Source of the DNA: Alphaproteobacteria bacterium
GTDB taxonomy: Bacteria > Pseudomonadota > Alphaproteobacteria > SHNJ01
Assembly (NCBI GenBank): GCA_004295055.1
Contig: SHNJ01000031.1
Span: forward strand, 72,802 to 136,801
Reading direction: 5' to 3'
Length of the DNA: 64,000 nucleotides
Shown here: piece after piece, positions 49,822 to 60,025 of the stretch
How the letters are laid out: every line of letters starts with the position of its first letter
Position numbering within the stretch: the first letter of the stretch is position 1
Program-made: the position numbers and the translations under genes
The notes under the pieces: model-generated
The model's database searches: none
What the model saw: the letters and a program-made list of their open reading frames with translations, nothing else
What the model was told of the DNA's origin: nothing

Positions 49822-50398
49822 TCAGGCCAATCAGCATATCCAAAATCTGCCACGCACGGCGGCTGACAAACAGTTTGGACATGATTTTTCCAGCATAACC
49901 CAGGCATAAGAACCATAGATTGCTGCCCGCGATACTGCCCAATACAAAAATGTAACGTTCCGGCAAGGGATATTGCGCGGCAACGCCGCCAATAATAACG
50001 AATAGATCCAGCAAGGCTTGCGGATTTAAGAACGTAAATCCAGCGGCGGCCAAGAAAATCGGCCAGCGTTTTTCATTTTCCGCTGGCGCGCTTAAATCGA
50101 CGCGAATTTCACCCGGCCGCCAGGCTTTGTAAAAACAACGTAGGCTATAGGTATATAAAAATACTATTCCCGCCCATAAAATCGCGGTTTTTAGCCATTC
50201 ATGGCTGGCGAAAATATATCCGGCGCCAAGCCCACCAATGGCTAGCACCACACTGTCGCACAATCCTGTGACCATACTGGTAAAACCGACATGCCGCTTG
50301 GTAATCCCATGTTTTAAAACAAACAGATTTTGTGGTCCGATCGCGACAATAAGCGTTAAAAGCAGGGTGAAACCCTGCGTAAAGGCGTTGAAATACAT
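49775..50398 (-). CDS. LysE/RhtB-family amino-acid exporter
   Basis: 207 aa, six TM helices, N-terminal …FTLLLTLIVAIGPQNLFV… LysE signature. Confidence 0.7.
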   Translation of the reverse strand: MYFNAFTQGFTLLLTLIVAIGPQNLFVLKHGITKRHVGFTSMVTGLCDSVVLAIGGLGAGYIFASHEWLKTAILWAGIVFLYTYSLRCFYKAWRPGEIRVDLSAPAENEKRWPIFLAAAGFTFLNPQALLDLFVIIGGVAAQYPLPERYIFVLGSIAGSNLWFLCLGYAGKIMSKLFVSRRAWQILDMLIGLTMLALASKLLMMELP

Positions 50399-50625
50399 GA
50401 AAATACCTCTTCAGTGGAAATTGGAAAAATAAGAAAATTAACTTCCAATCCGTTATCGTCGTCGGACGATCTTTTCCAAATATGAAGAGATGATTTGATT
50501 CATTAGAGTGAGTATAAAACTTTATCCCCACTTTTCAATAAAATTCTTGGCAATATTGATATAACAAGGCGATTTTGCGATAAGTTTATTTTTCTTTTTT
50601 TGCCAAAAAACGCTAATTTAAACTT

Positions 50626-53600
50626 ATGGCAGAGGCAGATAATAAAGGGTTTATCCATCTTCGCAATCACACCGCGTATTCGTTATCCGAAGGCGCGTTG
50701 AAGATCGATTATTTGGCGGAACTTTGCAAAAAACAAAATATGCCGGCGGTGGCGATTGCCGATACCAATAATCTGTTCGGCGCGATCGAATTTGCCGATG
50801 CCGCGGTCAAGGCCGGCGTACAGCCGATTTTTGGCAGCCAGTTTTCCCTGGCGCGGGAGGAAAAAGGCGGCAAGCAATTTGGCCTCGTCGAATACGATCA
50901 AATCGTGCTGATCGCGCAAAATGAAGCCGGTTATATGAATTTATTGGCGTTGCAAGCGCTGGCATACGAACAAGTAGCCGCTGGCAAAGCGGCGCATATC
51001 ACCATCGATCAAATTTTAAGCCATAATGCCGGATTGATTTGCCTTTCCGGCGGGGCGAAGGGCGCGCCGGCGCGCCATATCCGCGCCAATCAACCGGACA
51101 AAGCGATTGAGTTCTGCAGGACGATTTTAAATGCCTTCGGCAACCGGTTTTATATTGAAATTCAGCGGCATAATTTAGCGGAAGAAAATTCCTGCGAAAC
51201 CGCGCTGATCAATTTGGCCTATCAGTTGAATATTCCATTGGTTGCGACCAATGAATGTTATTTCGCAACCCCTGACATGTACGAAGCGCATGATGCATTG
51301 TTATGTATCGCCGAAGGCAAAGTGGTCGGCGATCCGGACCGGCGCAAAGTAACACCGGATCATTATTTTAAATCGGCCGCTGAAATGCGCGCTATGTTTG
51401 CCGACTTGCCGGAAGCCTGCGATAACACCATCCATATCGCCAAACGTTGTAGCTTTATTTTAAAAGGCCGCAATCCGTTATTGCCGCATTTCGAAGGCGA
51501 AAATGACGAGGAAGAGTCGGACATTTTACGCCGCAAAGCGCGCGAAGGCCTTACCGTGCGGATGCAATCCGCCAATATTGCCGGCGATGCCCTGAAACCA
51601 TATCAAGACCGGCTGGAATTCGAGCTGGATGTTATTGTTAAAATGGGTTTCGCGGGATATTTTCTGATCGTTGCCGATTTTATTCAATGGTCCAAGGCGA
51701 ATGGAATTCCGGTAGGTCCTGGCAGGGGTTCCGGCGCCGGATCGGTGGTAGCCTGGGCGTTAACGATTACGGATTTAGATCCCTTGCGCTGGGGCTTGCT
51801 GTTCGAGCGATTTCTGAATCCGGAACGGGTATCGATGCCCGACTTCGATATCGATTTTTGCCAAGACCGCCGCGACGAAGTGATCCGGTATGTGCAAACA
51901 CGTTATGGCAACGACAAAGTCGCGCAAATCATCACCTTTGGTAAATTGCAGGCCCGTGCGGTGGTACGCGACGTTGGCCGCGTGCTGGCGATGGCCTATG
52001 GCCATGTCGATAAAATCTGTAAAATGATTCCGAATAATCCCGCCGCGCCAGTGACCTTGCAACAGGCGGTGGATGGCGAACCGTTGATCCAGCAAATGAT
52101 CAAGGATGACGAGGCTGTTTCCCGTCTGATCAAAATCGCGCTGAAATTAGAGGGTCTATATCGTCACGCATCCACCCATGCGGCGGGCGTTGTGATCGGC
52201 GACCGGCCATTGCAACAATTGGTACCGATGTACCGCGATCCGCGGTCCGACATTCCGGTGACGCAATTTTCGATGAAATACGTCGAAAAGGCGGGTCTGG
52301 TAAAATTCGACTTTTTGGGTTTGAAAACCCTGACTGTCATTCAAAGCACTGTCGCATTGTTAAAACAACAAGGCATCGATATCAATATCGACACGATCCC
52401 GTTGGATGACCGCAAAACTTACGATATGTTGGGGCAGGGCGAGGCGACCGGCGTGTTCCAGCTGGAAAGTTCCGGCATGCGCGAGGTTTTGAAAAAACTG
52501 AAACCCGACCGGTTCGAGGATATCACCGCTATCGTGGCGCTGTATCGTCCGGGTCCGATGGACAATATTCCGAAATTCATCGCCTGTAAGCAAGGCATCG
52601 AAAAGCCGGATTACCTGCATCCAAAACTGGAAACGATTTTGCGTGAAACCTATGGCGTTATCGTTTACCAGGAACAGGTTATGCAAATCGCGCAAATTCT
52701 ATCCGGCTATACGCTGGGCAATGCCGATTTGCTGCGCCGCGCGATGGGCAAAAAAATCCAGGCGGAGATGGATGCGCAGCGCGAAAGTTTCGTGGCCGGC
52801 GCGGTCAACACCAACGGATTGAAGCCCGACTACGCCAATCATATTTTTGATCTCGTGGATAAATTCGCCGGGTATGGTTTTAACAAATCGCACGCCGCCG
52901 CCTATGCGTTAATTTCTTATCAGACAGCCTATTTAAAGGCGAATTTCCCGGCGCAATTCATGGCCGCGCAAATGACGCTGGAAATGGGAGATACCGACAA
53001 ATTGTCGGAATTCCGCGAAGAATTAAAACGCCTTAAAATTGAATTGCTGTCGCCGGATATCAATAAATCCATGCCTAAATTCGCGGTGGAAAATGGCGCG
53101 GTGCGATATGCACTGGCGGCGTTAAAAGGCGTTGGGTTAGAGGCGATGAAGGCGTTGTGCGCCGAACGGGCGGATAAGGGCGAGTATAAAAATCTCGACG
53201 ATTTCATCCGCAGGATGGATTCGCGCATTTTGAACAAACGCCAATTGGAATCTTTGATCAATGCAGGCGCGTTTGATTCTTTGCATGCAAACCGCGCGGA
53301 ATTATCCCTGAATTTAGAGGCGATATTGCGCCAGGCCCAGGCCAATCGCGCCGAACAAGAAAGCAACCAAAATAATTTATTTGCCGGGGGCGGCGGGGCC
53401 GAAGACAAATTCAAACTGCAAAAATCGCCGAACTGGAACATGCTGGAACGGTTGCAAAAAGAATTTTCAGCGATTGGATATTATTTAACCGCGCATCCGC
53501 TGGATTCTTATACCGCGCTGCTGCGCCGCTTGCATGTGACCTCGGCATTGGAAATTCCAACTAAAGTTATGGAAAAACGCACTGGCAAATTGACGCTGGC

Positions 53601-54084
53601 TGGCGTGATGCTGTCGAAAAAAGAACGCAGGTCGGCCAAGGGCAATAAATACGCGTTTGTTGAATTCACCGACGCGTCGGGATCGTTTGAATTGACATTT
53701 TTCAGCGAGATCCTATCGTCGTCGCGCGAATTGCTTGAATCCGGCAAGCCATTGTTGCTGACGGCGGATTATCAGATGGATGGCGAAACATCGCGCATGA
53801 CCGCGCAATCGGTGCGGGATTTGGCGTCGGTCGCGGCGGAACATAAAGGCAATATGAATATTATAGTCAGTATGCCCGAAGCCATCGAGCCGTTGGCGCA
53901 GAATTTAAATTCTTACAAACAATCTTTGAATGGCAAGGGCGGTCGTTCTGGCAAGCAATTGAAACTATTTTTGCATTTGCCATTGCATGAAATCGAAATC
54001 GATTTGCCGGGATACCCAATTCCCGTCGGTCCGGCGGCGGCCGATATTTCGGCCATCGCCGGTGTGCGGGTGGAAGAGGTCTAA
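50626..54084 (+). CDS. dnaE: DNA polymerase III alpha subunit
   Basis: 1152 aa. PHP domain N-terminus (GFIHLRNHTAYSLSEGA), polymerase core (…PDFDIDF…), OB-fold C-terminus. Confidence 0.95.
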   Translation: MAEADNKGFIHLRNHTAYSLSEGALKIDYLAELCKKQNMPAVAIADTNNLFGAIEFADAAVKAGVQPIFGSQFSLAREEKGGKQFGLVEYDQIVLIAQNEAGYMNLLALQALAYEQVAAGKAAHITIDQILSHNAGLICLSGGAKGAPARHIRANQPDKAIEFCRTILNAFGNRFYIEIQRHNLAEENSCETALINLAYQLNIPLVATNECYFATPDMYEAHDALLCIAEGKVVGDPDRRKVTPDHYFKSAAEMRAMFADLPEACDNTIHIAKRCSFILKGRNPLLPHFEGENDEEESDILRRKAREGLTVRMQSANIAGDALKPYQDRLEFELDVIVKMGFAGYFLIVADFIQWSKANGIPVGPGRGSGAGSVVAWALTITDLDPLRWGLLFERFLNPERVSMPDFDIDFCQDRRDEVIRYVQTRYGNDKVAQIITFGKLQARAVVRDVGRVLAMAYGHVDKICKMIPNNPAAPVTLQQAVDGEPLIQQMIKDDEAVSRLIKIALKLEGLYRHASTHAAGVVIGDRPLQQLVPMYRDPRSDIPVTQFSMKYVEKAGLVKFDFLGLKTLTVIQSTVALLKQQGIDINIDTIPLDDRKTYDMLGQGEATGVFQLESSGMREVLKKLKPDRFEDITAIVALYRPGPMDNIPKFIACKQGIEKPDYLHPKLETILRETYGVIVYQEQVMQIAQILSGYTLGNADLLRRAMGKKIQAEMDAQRESFVAGAVNTNGLKPDYANHIFDLVDKFAGYGFNKSHAAAYALISYQTAYLKANFPAQFMAAQMTLEMGDTDKLSEFREELKRLKIELLSPDINKSMPKFAVENGAVRYALAALKGVGLEAMKALCAERADKGEYKNLDDFIRRMDSRILNKRQLESLINAGAFDSLHANRAELSLNLEAILRQAQANRAEQESNQNNLFAGGGGAEDKFKLQKSPNWNMLERLQKEFSAIGYYLTAHPLDSYTALLRRLHVTSALEIPTKVMEKRTGKLTLAGVMLSKKERRSAKGNKYAFVEFTDASGSFELTFFSEILSSSRELLESGKPLLLTADYQMDGETSRMTAQSVRDLASVAAEHKGNMNIIVSMPEAIEPLAQNLNSYKQSLNGKGGRSGKQLKLFLHLPLHEIEIDLPGYPIPVGPAAADISAIAGVRVEEV

Positions 54085-54085
54085 T

Positions 54086-54126
54086 AAAAAACCGGAGAAG
54101 GTTAAATTCTCCGGCTTTTATTTGTG
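54086..54126 (+). terminator. Rho-independent terminator after dnaE
   Basis: CCGGAGAA-GGTTAA-ATTCTCCGG-CTTTTATTTG. Confidence 0.75.
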
Positions 54127-54139
54127 TTATTGAAAAATA

Positions 54140-54556
54140 CTACCGTGTGCCACGTACACTATCAAATCCTTGCTTAAAAGCCATAAGATCTACTTGACGA
54201 AGGCACTGTGTGACTTGGAATATTCTGCCAGTATTATCAATATGGCCGATGCCAACATTAGAGGCATATCCATCTGGATTTCTTCCGCATACTTTTCCAA
54301 AAGCATAGCTGGCGCTTTCTTCTGCTGTGCCGCCTTTGTTTTTCTTGGTTCTTCCATGAATAGAATTAAAAGTTACCCGATCCACTTTGACCCATTGTAC
54401 TGAATCCCCGCTCATGCCCCGTGATTCTACGATGGCATACTTAATTGGCCTTATGGGTTTTGTGGATGCTACTGGATCAGTGTCTCTTCTGCCCCAATTG
54501 TGAGAACCCCAACCATTTTGCCGTGCCATATAAACCTCCTGAAAAGTTGATAACAA
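54140..54556 (-). CDS. Hypothetical protein (138 aa)
   Basis: ORF with RBS-like GGAGG upstream. No domain recognised. Confidence 0.4.
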   Translation of the reverse strand: MLSTFQEVYMARQNGWGSHNWGRRDTDPVASTKPIRPIKYAIVESRGMSGDSVQWVKVDRVTFNSIHGRTKKNKGGTAEESASYAFGKVCGRNPDGYASNVGIGHIDNTGRIFQVTQCLRQVDLMAFKQGFDSVRGTR

Positions 54557-54731
54557 ATAAATTTATAGATTCGATCCGCTACAAATTTTCACCATAGTGT
54601 ATCTTCTATAAAAATGATTTTTAGTAATATAGAAAATAATTCTGAGATGCAAGAGCACAAATAAGAAAAAATATGGATAGGAGATGTAATAAAATTACGA
54701 GGAAATAATAGGGTAGGCGGCGGAGGTCTAG

Positions 54732-55781
54732 TTATTTATTATTCAGCCGGTCGCGCAAGCGGCGCATGGCCAATAACCCATGGGGATGAACTTGTCCTTG
54801 GGTTGCAACGATTCCTTTGTGCGCAATGCAAGTTTCGGGAAAAGAATCACACAAGCTGCCTGGCCCGAAAGATTTTACGCCATTTAACCATCGCTGCAAT
54901 CCCGTTGCGATTTGGCTGGTGACAAAACCAGGACGCTCAACACTGATATTCTTTAAAGCATCGCACGTTAAAGCCGCGCCGCGGGCTGTATTTTGTATTG
55001 GAATGGCGGTTGAGGTTAAATTAATCGCATGCGCATATCGCAATTTTGGCGCGCAATTCCCGGCAATTATTTCCGCTGCTGTTCGGCCAGTAGAATCGTT
55101 GAGCAACACTATCGCGTCATAAACTTCGCCGGACCCATCGGTCAATTGTTGTTTAAGAAGTTCTTTCAGTTCACGAGGATTGACCGTGTTTTTCTTTTCC
55201 TCTCGAATTATTTCAACATTAAATCCTAATTCGGTTAACTGGAACATGGCTTGATAATGACTGGGGTCATTGCCGATATAAAGCATACGGCAATCATGCG
55301 GATTTTTTTTGGATTGCTTGATTCTATCAGAAATGATTTTAATGATTGCGGTCGCTCTTGCTCTTTCCTCGATGGTATAGGGGTGAAAGGCGCGTGTCGT
55401 ATCATTCCGTGGCAATTGTCTTTGACAGAAAAAAGTTACCCCCGCCGGTGCTTGCCGGTAATAATCCGGGGTTTTGGCCGGAAAGATTTGAATAACAGTC
55501 GCTCCATCGGGCAATAGACTTAATTCAGCAACGGGAATTTCCTGGGTGCTAATCACGATATCGCTAAAACCTAACAATGCGCGGCGCGGCGTTAATATTG
55601 CACCGCTTGCTGTATAATCCCGGTCGGCAATATCTATTCCCGAACCAAGGCCAGGTTCAACCAACACAGTACCTGTAAGACTGCCAAGTTGCCCTGTCCC
55701 TTTTTCAACATTATAGGGCAATGCCGGAATTGACATTGGCGGCACATTGGCAGTACTGAGTGCAAGACCCAGGACAGTCAT
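54732..55781 (-). CDS. AlaDH/PNT-family N-terminal-domain protein (dehydrogenase-like, possibly degenerate NAD site)
   Basis: …GTVLVEPGLGSGIDIADRDYTASGAIL… resembles the PntA/AlaDH substrate-domain signature. Lies downstream of a second AlaDH/PNT gene on the same strand. Confidence 0.45.
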   Translation of the reverse strand: MTVLGLALSTANVPPMSIPALPYNVEKGTGQLGSLTGTVLVEPGLGSGIDIADRDYTASGAILTPRRALLGFSDIVISTQEIPVAELSLLPDGATVIQIFPAKTPDYYRQAPAGVTFFCQRQLPRNDTTRAFHPYTIEERARATAIIKIISDRIKQSKKNPHDCRMLYIGNDPSHYQAMFQLTELGFNVEIIREEKKNTVNPRELKELLKQQLTDGSGEVYDAIVLLNDSTGRTAAEIIAGNCAPKLRYAHAINLTSTAIPIQNTARGAALTCDALKNISVERPGFVTSQIATGLQRWLNGVKSFGPGSLCDSFPETCIAHKGIVATQGQVHPHGLLAMRRLRDRLNNK

Positions 55782-55785
55782 ATCT

Positions 55786-56994
55786 CTATGCCCGCGCGCG
55801 TTCGCGTAATTCGTGCAATGTCAGCAACGCGGCAGTATTAAATTGGTTTGCCGGGACGCGTCCGGTGCAAACCGGATTAATCAAACCGCCTGCGGTTACG
55901 CAAGTTTTCAATATAGCTTCAGTGCGTTCTTTTGCTGGTTTCCATGCCAGTAATGCGCGTAAGAATTTGGATGCGCAGGCAGCATACAAGGGGCTGGCAA
56001 CCTCTGGAACAGCCTTCGGATAACCTTTTTTACTACGGAACAAGATACCATTTCCGATGGTGGAATCTTCGCCATATTCTCCGCCTTCAAAATTCCCAAC
56101 ACCAGAACTTTTGGTTAAATCATATACCAAGGTTCCCGGGATTATCTCGGTTTGCATATCTTCGGTAATTAACAAGGGCGTTGTTTGCGGATCAACACGG
56201 CGCGCAGCGCAAACAATTACATCTTGGACTTGGGTTGCTAAGAATTCGGCAATGCGGTTGCGTTGTAAATTCAAGGCATCGGCGGCTGATATAGTTTTAC
56301 CGCGTTCATCTTGCAGTAATTCGAATGTAATGCCCAATGTTTCAAGTTCGGCTTTGTGGGTGGTGGATGTGCTTAATGCATTAACGTTGGCCCCAAGACT
56401 TTTTGCATGTTTGACGGCGGCCAATCCGGCATTGCCCAAGCCAATCACCAAAACATTTTTGCCTTTTAAATCACCAAAATGTCCAGCGGCCTCCGCGATT
56501 ACGACTTCACCAGTTACGCGGCTCATTGCGGCAGTGGCATGCATCGCCTGTGTTTGCAAAGTTTGCGGCATTAATTCAAAACTGAAACCAGTAACGCCAA
56601 ATTTGGCATAAGCGCCTAAATGGGCAGTGTTTACTACCTGAGGATCTAAGAATCCGACTACCGCCGCCTTTTCTGGATAAAGCTTAACATGTTCTTTTTC
56701 CATGCGCGGGTCGGGGCGTTTTACTTGTAAAACAATATCGGTGCCACCCAATAATCTTCCCAGCTTACTAACAATCCTTGCTCCCGCACGTCTGAAATCT
56801 CCGTTTGTGAAACCGGCTCTGCTCCCCGCGCCATCTTGTACGCGAATTTCTTTGAACAATCCCGTCAAACCGCGAACATGTTTCGGAGTTAAAGCAACGC
56901 GGGTTTCGTCTTCTTGGGTTTCTTTGGGGATGGATAGAATTAGTTTGGACATAAAACCTCCTGTATTTCTTTTAAGAATACGGAAAATAGTCAT
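55786..56994 (-). CDS. Alanine dehydrogenase / pyridine-nucleotide transhydrogenase-alpha family protein
   Basis: 402 aa. ETRVALTP N-domain, NAD-binding VLVIGLGNAGLAAV. No C-terminal TM segment, so probably not a classical PntA. Confidence 0.55.
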   Translation of the reverse strand: MTIFRILKRNTGGFMSKLILSIPKETQEDETRVALTPKHVRGLTGLFKEIRVQDGAGSRAGFTNGDFRRAGARIVSKLGRLLGGTDIVLQVKRPDPRMEKEHVKLYPEKAAVVGFLDPQVVNTAHLGAYAKFGVTGFSFELMPQTLQTQAMHATAAMSRVTGEVVIAEAAGHFGDLKGKNVLVIGLGNAGLAAVKHAKSLGANVNALSTSTTHKAELETLGITFELLQDERGKTISAADALNLQRNRIAEFLATQVQDVIVCAARRVDPQTTPLLITEDMQTEIIPGTLVYDLTKSSGVGNFEGGEYGEDSTIGNGILFRSKKGYPKAVPEVASPLYAACASKFLRALLAWKPAKERTEAILKTCVTAGGLINPVCTGRVPANQFNTAALLTLHELRERARA

Positions 56995-57252
56995 GTTTTA
57001 GGGGGTTGGCAAGCGGAATTTGAGTAATAAAAAGACTTGCTTTCGTGGGCTAATTTTATTATAAACACCTCACTAAATTCACACGCAAGGATGGCGTGCC
57101 GGTCTGTGACTGGCTTCGCTTCCGGTGATTGGGATTGGCCCAGTTACTTGCCCTTGCGGAGGTTTAACCGGAAGAAACAGTAAGTTGCCCTTAATTCCCA
57201 TTCGGAATGAAATGCCGCTTTCTGTTTTTGACAAACAGAAGAGAGTAAATCT

Positions 57253-58023
57253 ATGGCTTATAATGATTTCACCATGCGCCAGTTGTTAGAAGCTGGCGTT
57301 CACTTTGGTCACCACACCCGCCGTTGGAATCCGAAAATGAAAGAATATATTTTCGGCGAACGCAACAACGTGCACGTTATCAACTTGGAAAAAACCGTGC
57401 CGATGTTGCACGCGGCGTTGAAAGCCGTGCGTGACACCGTTGCCGGCGGCGGCCGCGTATTGTTCGTTGGCACCAAACGCACCGCGCAAGAACCGGTTGC
57501 CGAAGTTGCCAAACGTTGCGGCCAGTTTTATGTCAATCACCGCTGGTTAGGCGGCATGTTGACCAACTGGAAAACCGTATCGCAATCGATCAAATATTTA
57601 AAAGAACTTGAAGAAAAATTGGCAAAACCCGAAGCGGCCGGTTTGACCAAGCGCGAAATTTTGGGTTTGCAACGCGAATATGAAAAACTGGAAAAAGCCT
57701 TGGGCGGTATTAAAACCATGGGCGGTTTGCCGGACATCTTGTTCGTGATCGACACCAACAAAGAAGAAATCGCGATTGCCGAAGCGCGCCGTTTGAATAT
57801 TCCAGTGGTTGCGATCGTTGATACCAATTGCAATCCAGATGGCATCAATTTCATGGTTCCTGGCAACGACGACGCGATGCGCGCGATCAATTTGTATTGC
57901 GAATTGTTCGGCCAAGCGGTGCTTGATGGTCTTGCCGCCGAAGTCGATCGTGGCAACAAAGGCCGCGATGTGAAGCCGGATGCGGATGCCGCAAACGATC
58001 AACCGGTTGCCGTCAGCGCCTAA
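57253..58023 (+). CDS. rpsB: 30S ribosomal protein S2
   Basis: 256 aa; [22 protein letters not shown] hallmark. Confidence 0.95.
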   Translation: MAYNDFTMRQLLEAGVHFGHHTRRWNPKMKEYIFGERNNVHVINLEKTVPMLHAALKAVRDTVAGGGRVLFVGTKRTAQEPVAEVAKRCGQFYVNHRWLGGMLTNWKTVSQSIKYLKELEEKLAKPEAAGLTKREILGLQREYEKLEKALGGIKTMGGLPDILFVIDTNKEEIAIAEARRLNIPVVAIVDTNCNPDGINFMVPGNDDAMRAINLYCELFGQAVLDGLAAEVDRGNKGRDVKPDADAANDQPVAVSA

Positions 58024-58127
58024 AAGTGAAAACAAGGGTTTTGGGTATTGGGTATTGGGTTTAGGGGATTTTGCCCCGAGTCCGTTATCCCAAACCCCAG
58101 AACCCAAACCCCAAACCCCTTAGAGGA
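58024..58127. repeat. G-rich/C-rich palindromic intergenic element (family copy 2)
   Basis: GGTTTTGGGTATTGGGTATTGGGTTTAGGGG … CCCAAACCCCAGAACCCAAACCCCAAACCCC between rpsB and tsf. Confidence 0.7.
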
Positions 58128-58131
58128 CAGA

Positions 58132-59061
58132 ATGACAGAAATTACAGCAAAAATGGTCAGCGAGTTGCGCGAAAAGACCGGCGCGCCAATGGGCGAATGC
58201 AAAAAAGCCTTGGTTGAAACCAAAGGCAATATCGATGAAGCCATCGATTGGTTGCGCAAAAAAGGCATCGCGACCGCACAGAAAAAATCCGGCCGCGCTG
58301 CGGCTGATGGTTTGGTTGGCGTTGCCACATCCGGCAATACCGGCGCGTTGGTCGAAGTCAACGCGGAAACCGATTTCGTTGCGCGTAACGAGCAGTTCCA
58401 AAACATGGTACGCAATATTACCGCTGTCGCGATTGCCAAAAAAGGCGTTTTGGCCGATATCAACGCGGCAAGCTGCCCAGGCACTTCGCGCACCGTTGCG
58501 GATGAAATTACCCATCAAATCGCAACCATCGGCGAAAATATGAATTTCCGCCGCGCGGCCGCTTTGTCTGCGACGGATGGCATCGTTTGCAGCTATATGC
58601 ACGGCGCGATTGCCCCGCAATTGGGCAAAATCGGCGTGTTGGTTGCGCTGGAATCCAAAGGCGACAAAGCGAAATTGGAATCGGTCGGCAAACAAATCGC
58701 GATGCACATCGCGGCCGCAAATCCATTGGCCTTATCGTCGGATAAATTGGATCCGGCATTAGTTGCCCGCGAAAAAGCGGTGTTCAGCGAACAAGCCGCA
58801 GCATCCGGCAAGCCAGCCGATATTATCGGCAAAATGGTCGAAGGCCGTTTGCGTAAATATTACGAAGAAGTTTGCTTGCTGGAGCAGATTTTCGTCATCG
58901 ACAACGAAACCAAAATCAGCCAGGTTTTGGCGAACGCCGCCAAAGACGTTGGCTCGCCGGTTTCGATCAGCGGCTATCTGCGCTTTGCCTTGGGCGAGGG
59001 CGTAGAAAAAGAAGTCAAAGACTTTGCCGCCGAAGTCGCCGCGATGGCAAAAACGGCGTAG
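58132..59061 (+). CDS. tsf: Elongation factor Ts
   Basis: Start moved to MTEITAKMVSELREKTGAPMGECKKAL (RBS AGAGGA). The track's 58048 start lies inside the palindromic repeat. Confidence 0.9.
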   Translation: MTEITAKMVSELREKTGAPMGECKKALVETKGNIDEAIDWLRKKGIATAQKKSGRAAADGLVGVATSGNTGALVEVNAETDFVARNEQFQNMVRNITAVAIAKKGVLADINAASCPGTSRTVADEITHQIATIGENMNFRRAAALSATDGIVCSYMHGAIAPQLGKIGVLVALESKGDKAKLESVGKQIAMHIAAANPLALSSDKLDPALVAREKAVFSEQAAASGKPADIIGKMVEGRLRKYYEEVCLLEQIFVIDNETKISQVLANAAKDVGSPVSISGYLRFALGEGVEKEVKDFAAEVAAMAKTA

Positions 59062-59188
59062 CTGTTTGATGGTTTATGGCCCGTCCTCCGAAGCCTTGGC
59101 GTAGGAGGATGGCAAAAACGGCGTAGCTGTTTGATGGTTTATGGCCCGTCCTCCGAAGCCTTGGCGCAGGAGGATGGCAAAAACCGCC
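59043..59188 (+). repeat. Tandem direct repeat, 65-bp unit x about 2.3, beginning inside the tsf 3' end
   Basis: GATGGCAAAAACGGCGTAGCTGTTTGATGGTTTATGGCCCGTCCTCCGAAGCCTTGGCG(T/C)AGGAG repeated at 59043, 59108 and partially at 59173. Each unit holds a TCCTCCG…GGAGGA hairpin. Confidence 0.8.
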
Positions 59189-59206
59189 TAAGCGTTTTGA
59201 GTATTG

Positions 59207-59236
59207 AAAAACCCCGCTTCGGCGGGGTTTTTTATT
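59207..59236 (+). terminator. Rho-independent terminator after tsf and the repeat
   Basis: CCCCGC-TTCG-GCGGGG-TTTTTTATT. Confidence 0.8.
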
Positions 59237-59240
59237 GGTA

Positions 59241-59861
59241 TTATCTGGAAAATAATTTCCGCAGATGCGCGTGCAACGGTCTGAGTTGGCGTCCCGCAAA
59301 ATGTTGTTCAACCATTTTTGGATTCCTGGCAAGCCAGGCAAGCCTGTGTTGGTGCGCTGTTTCCATATTTGCAAATATGGTGGGATGGTTGACTAATGCC
59401 TTGGCCAGAACAAGCTTTCTGCTTTTCAAAATCATAAGGGGGTTTGGCGCCGCGATAGGACGGATGCCCAATAATGCTTCTATGATTTGATTTTCATGTC
59501 CATCGCCGTAAATACCGGCCATAAAGAGAGCAACCATCGCCGTGCTGCGCGCCATCCCATGTTGACAATGTACAATTAAGTCTTGATGAGGATGTGCGCG
59601 TAAAAAACTTAAACCTTGTGCAACCATAGCAACTGTTGGCGAGAGAGGTTTAAGCGGTTGGGTTATATCGAAATACACCTGAACATTCTGCGCATAAACC
59701 CGGCCGGTAAGATCGGGGGCTTTACCTTTGCCTTCTTGCGCCTCTGGATGTTCGATCGATAAAACAGCAGGTGGCGAAGAACATGCAGCGATTCTGTCTG
59801 GAAGTTCGTCGACGCCGCAAACGGTGATTCGTTGGTTTGTTGGTAATGTTATAAAGCTCAC
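59241..59861 (-). CDS. Dual-specificity / tyrosine-protein phosphatase-like protein
   Basis: 206 aa with CX5R P-loop HCQHGMARS. Confidence 0.65.
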   Translation of the reverse strand: MSFITLPTNQRITVCGVDELPDRIAACSSPPAVLSIEHPEAQEGKGKAPDLTGRVYAQNVQVYFDITQPLKPLSPTVAMVAQGLSFLRAHPHQDLIVHCQHGMARSTAMVALFMAGIYGDGHENQIIEALLGIRPIAAPNPLMILKSRKLVLAKALVNHPTIFANMETAHQHRLAWLARNPKMVEQHFAGRQLRPLHAHLRKLFSR

Positions 59862-60025
59862 TAATTCACCCTCAAGTATTGTATTTAATTAGGAAACTTT
59901 CTAATGGCGTATCGTGATAAGATCAAGATTGTAATTTATCCCTGTGTTCATGCATTTCAGGTTTTGGCCTTTATTTTGCCGGAAAAATCCTGTAAAAACA
60001 AATGCCTATAAATGGGGAAGTAACT

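Noticed and set aside
50683-53747. Numerous 60-180-aa ORFs antisense or out of frame inside dnaE, mccA/mccB, typA and other genes
   Set aside because: They are embedded in strongly supported long CDSs, lack RBSs, and have biased composition typical of shadow ORFs.
59043-59188. Possible CRISPR array (direct repeats)
   Set aside because: The units are directly tandem with no unique spacers, only 2.3 copies, and the array duplicates a gene end. No cas genes are present.
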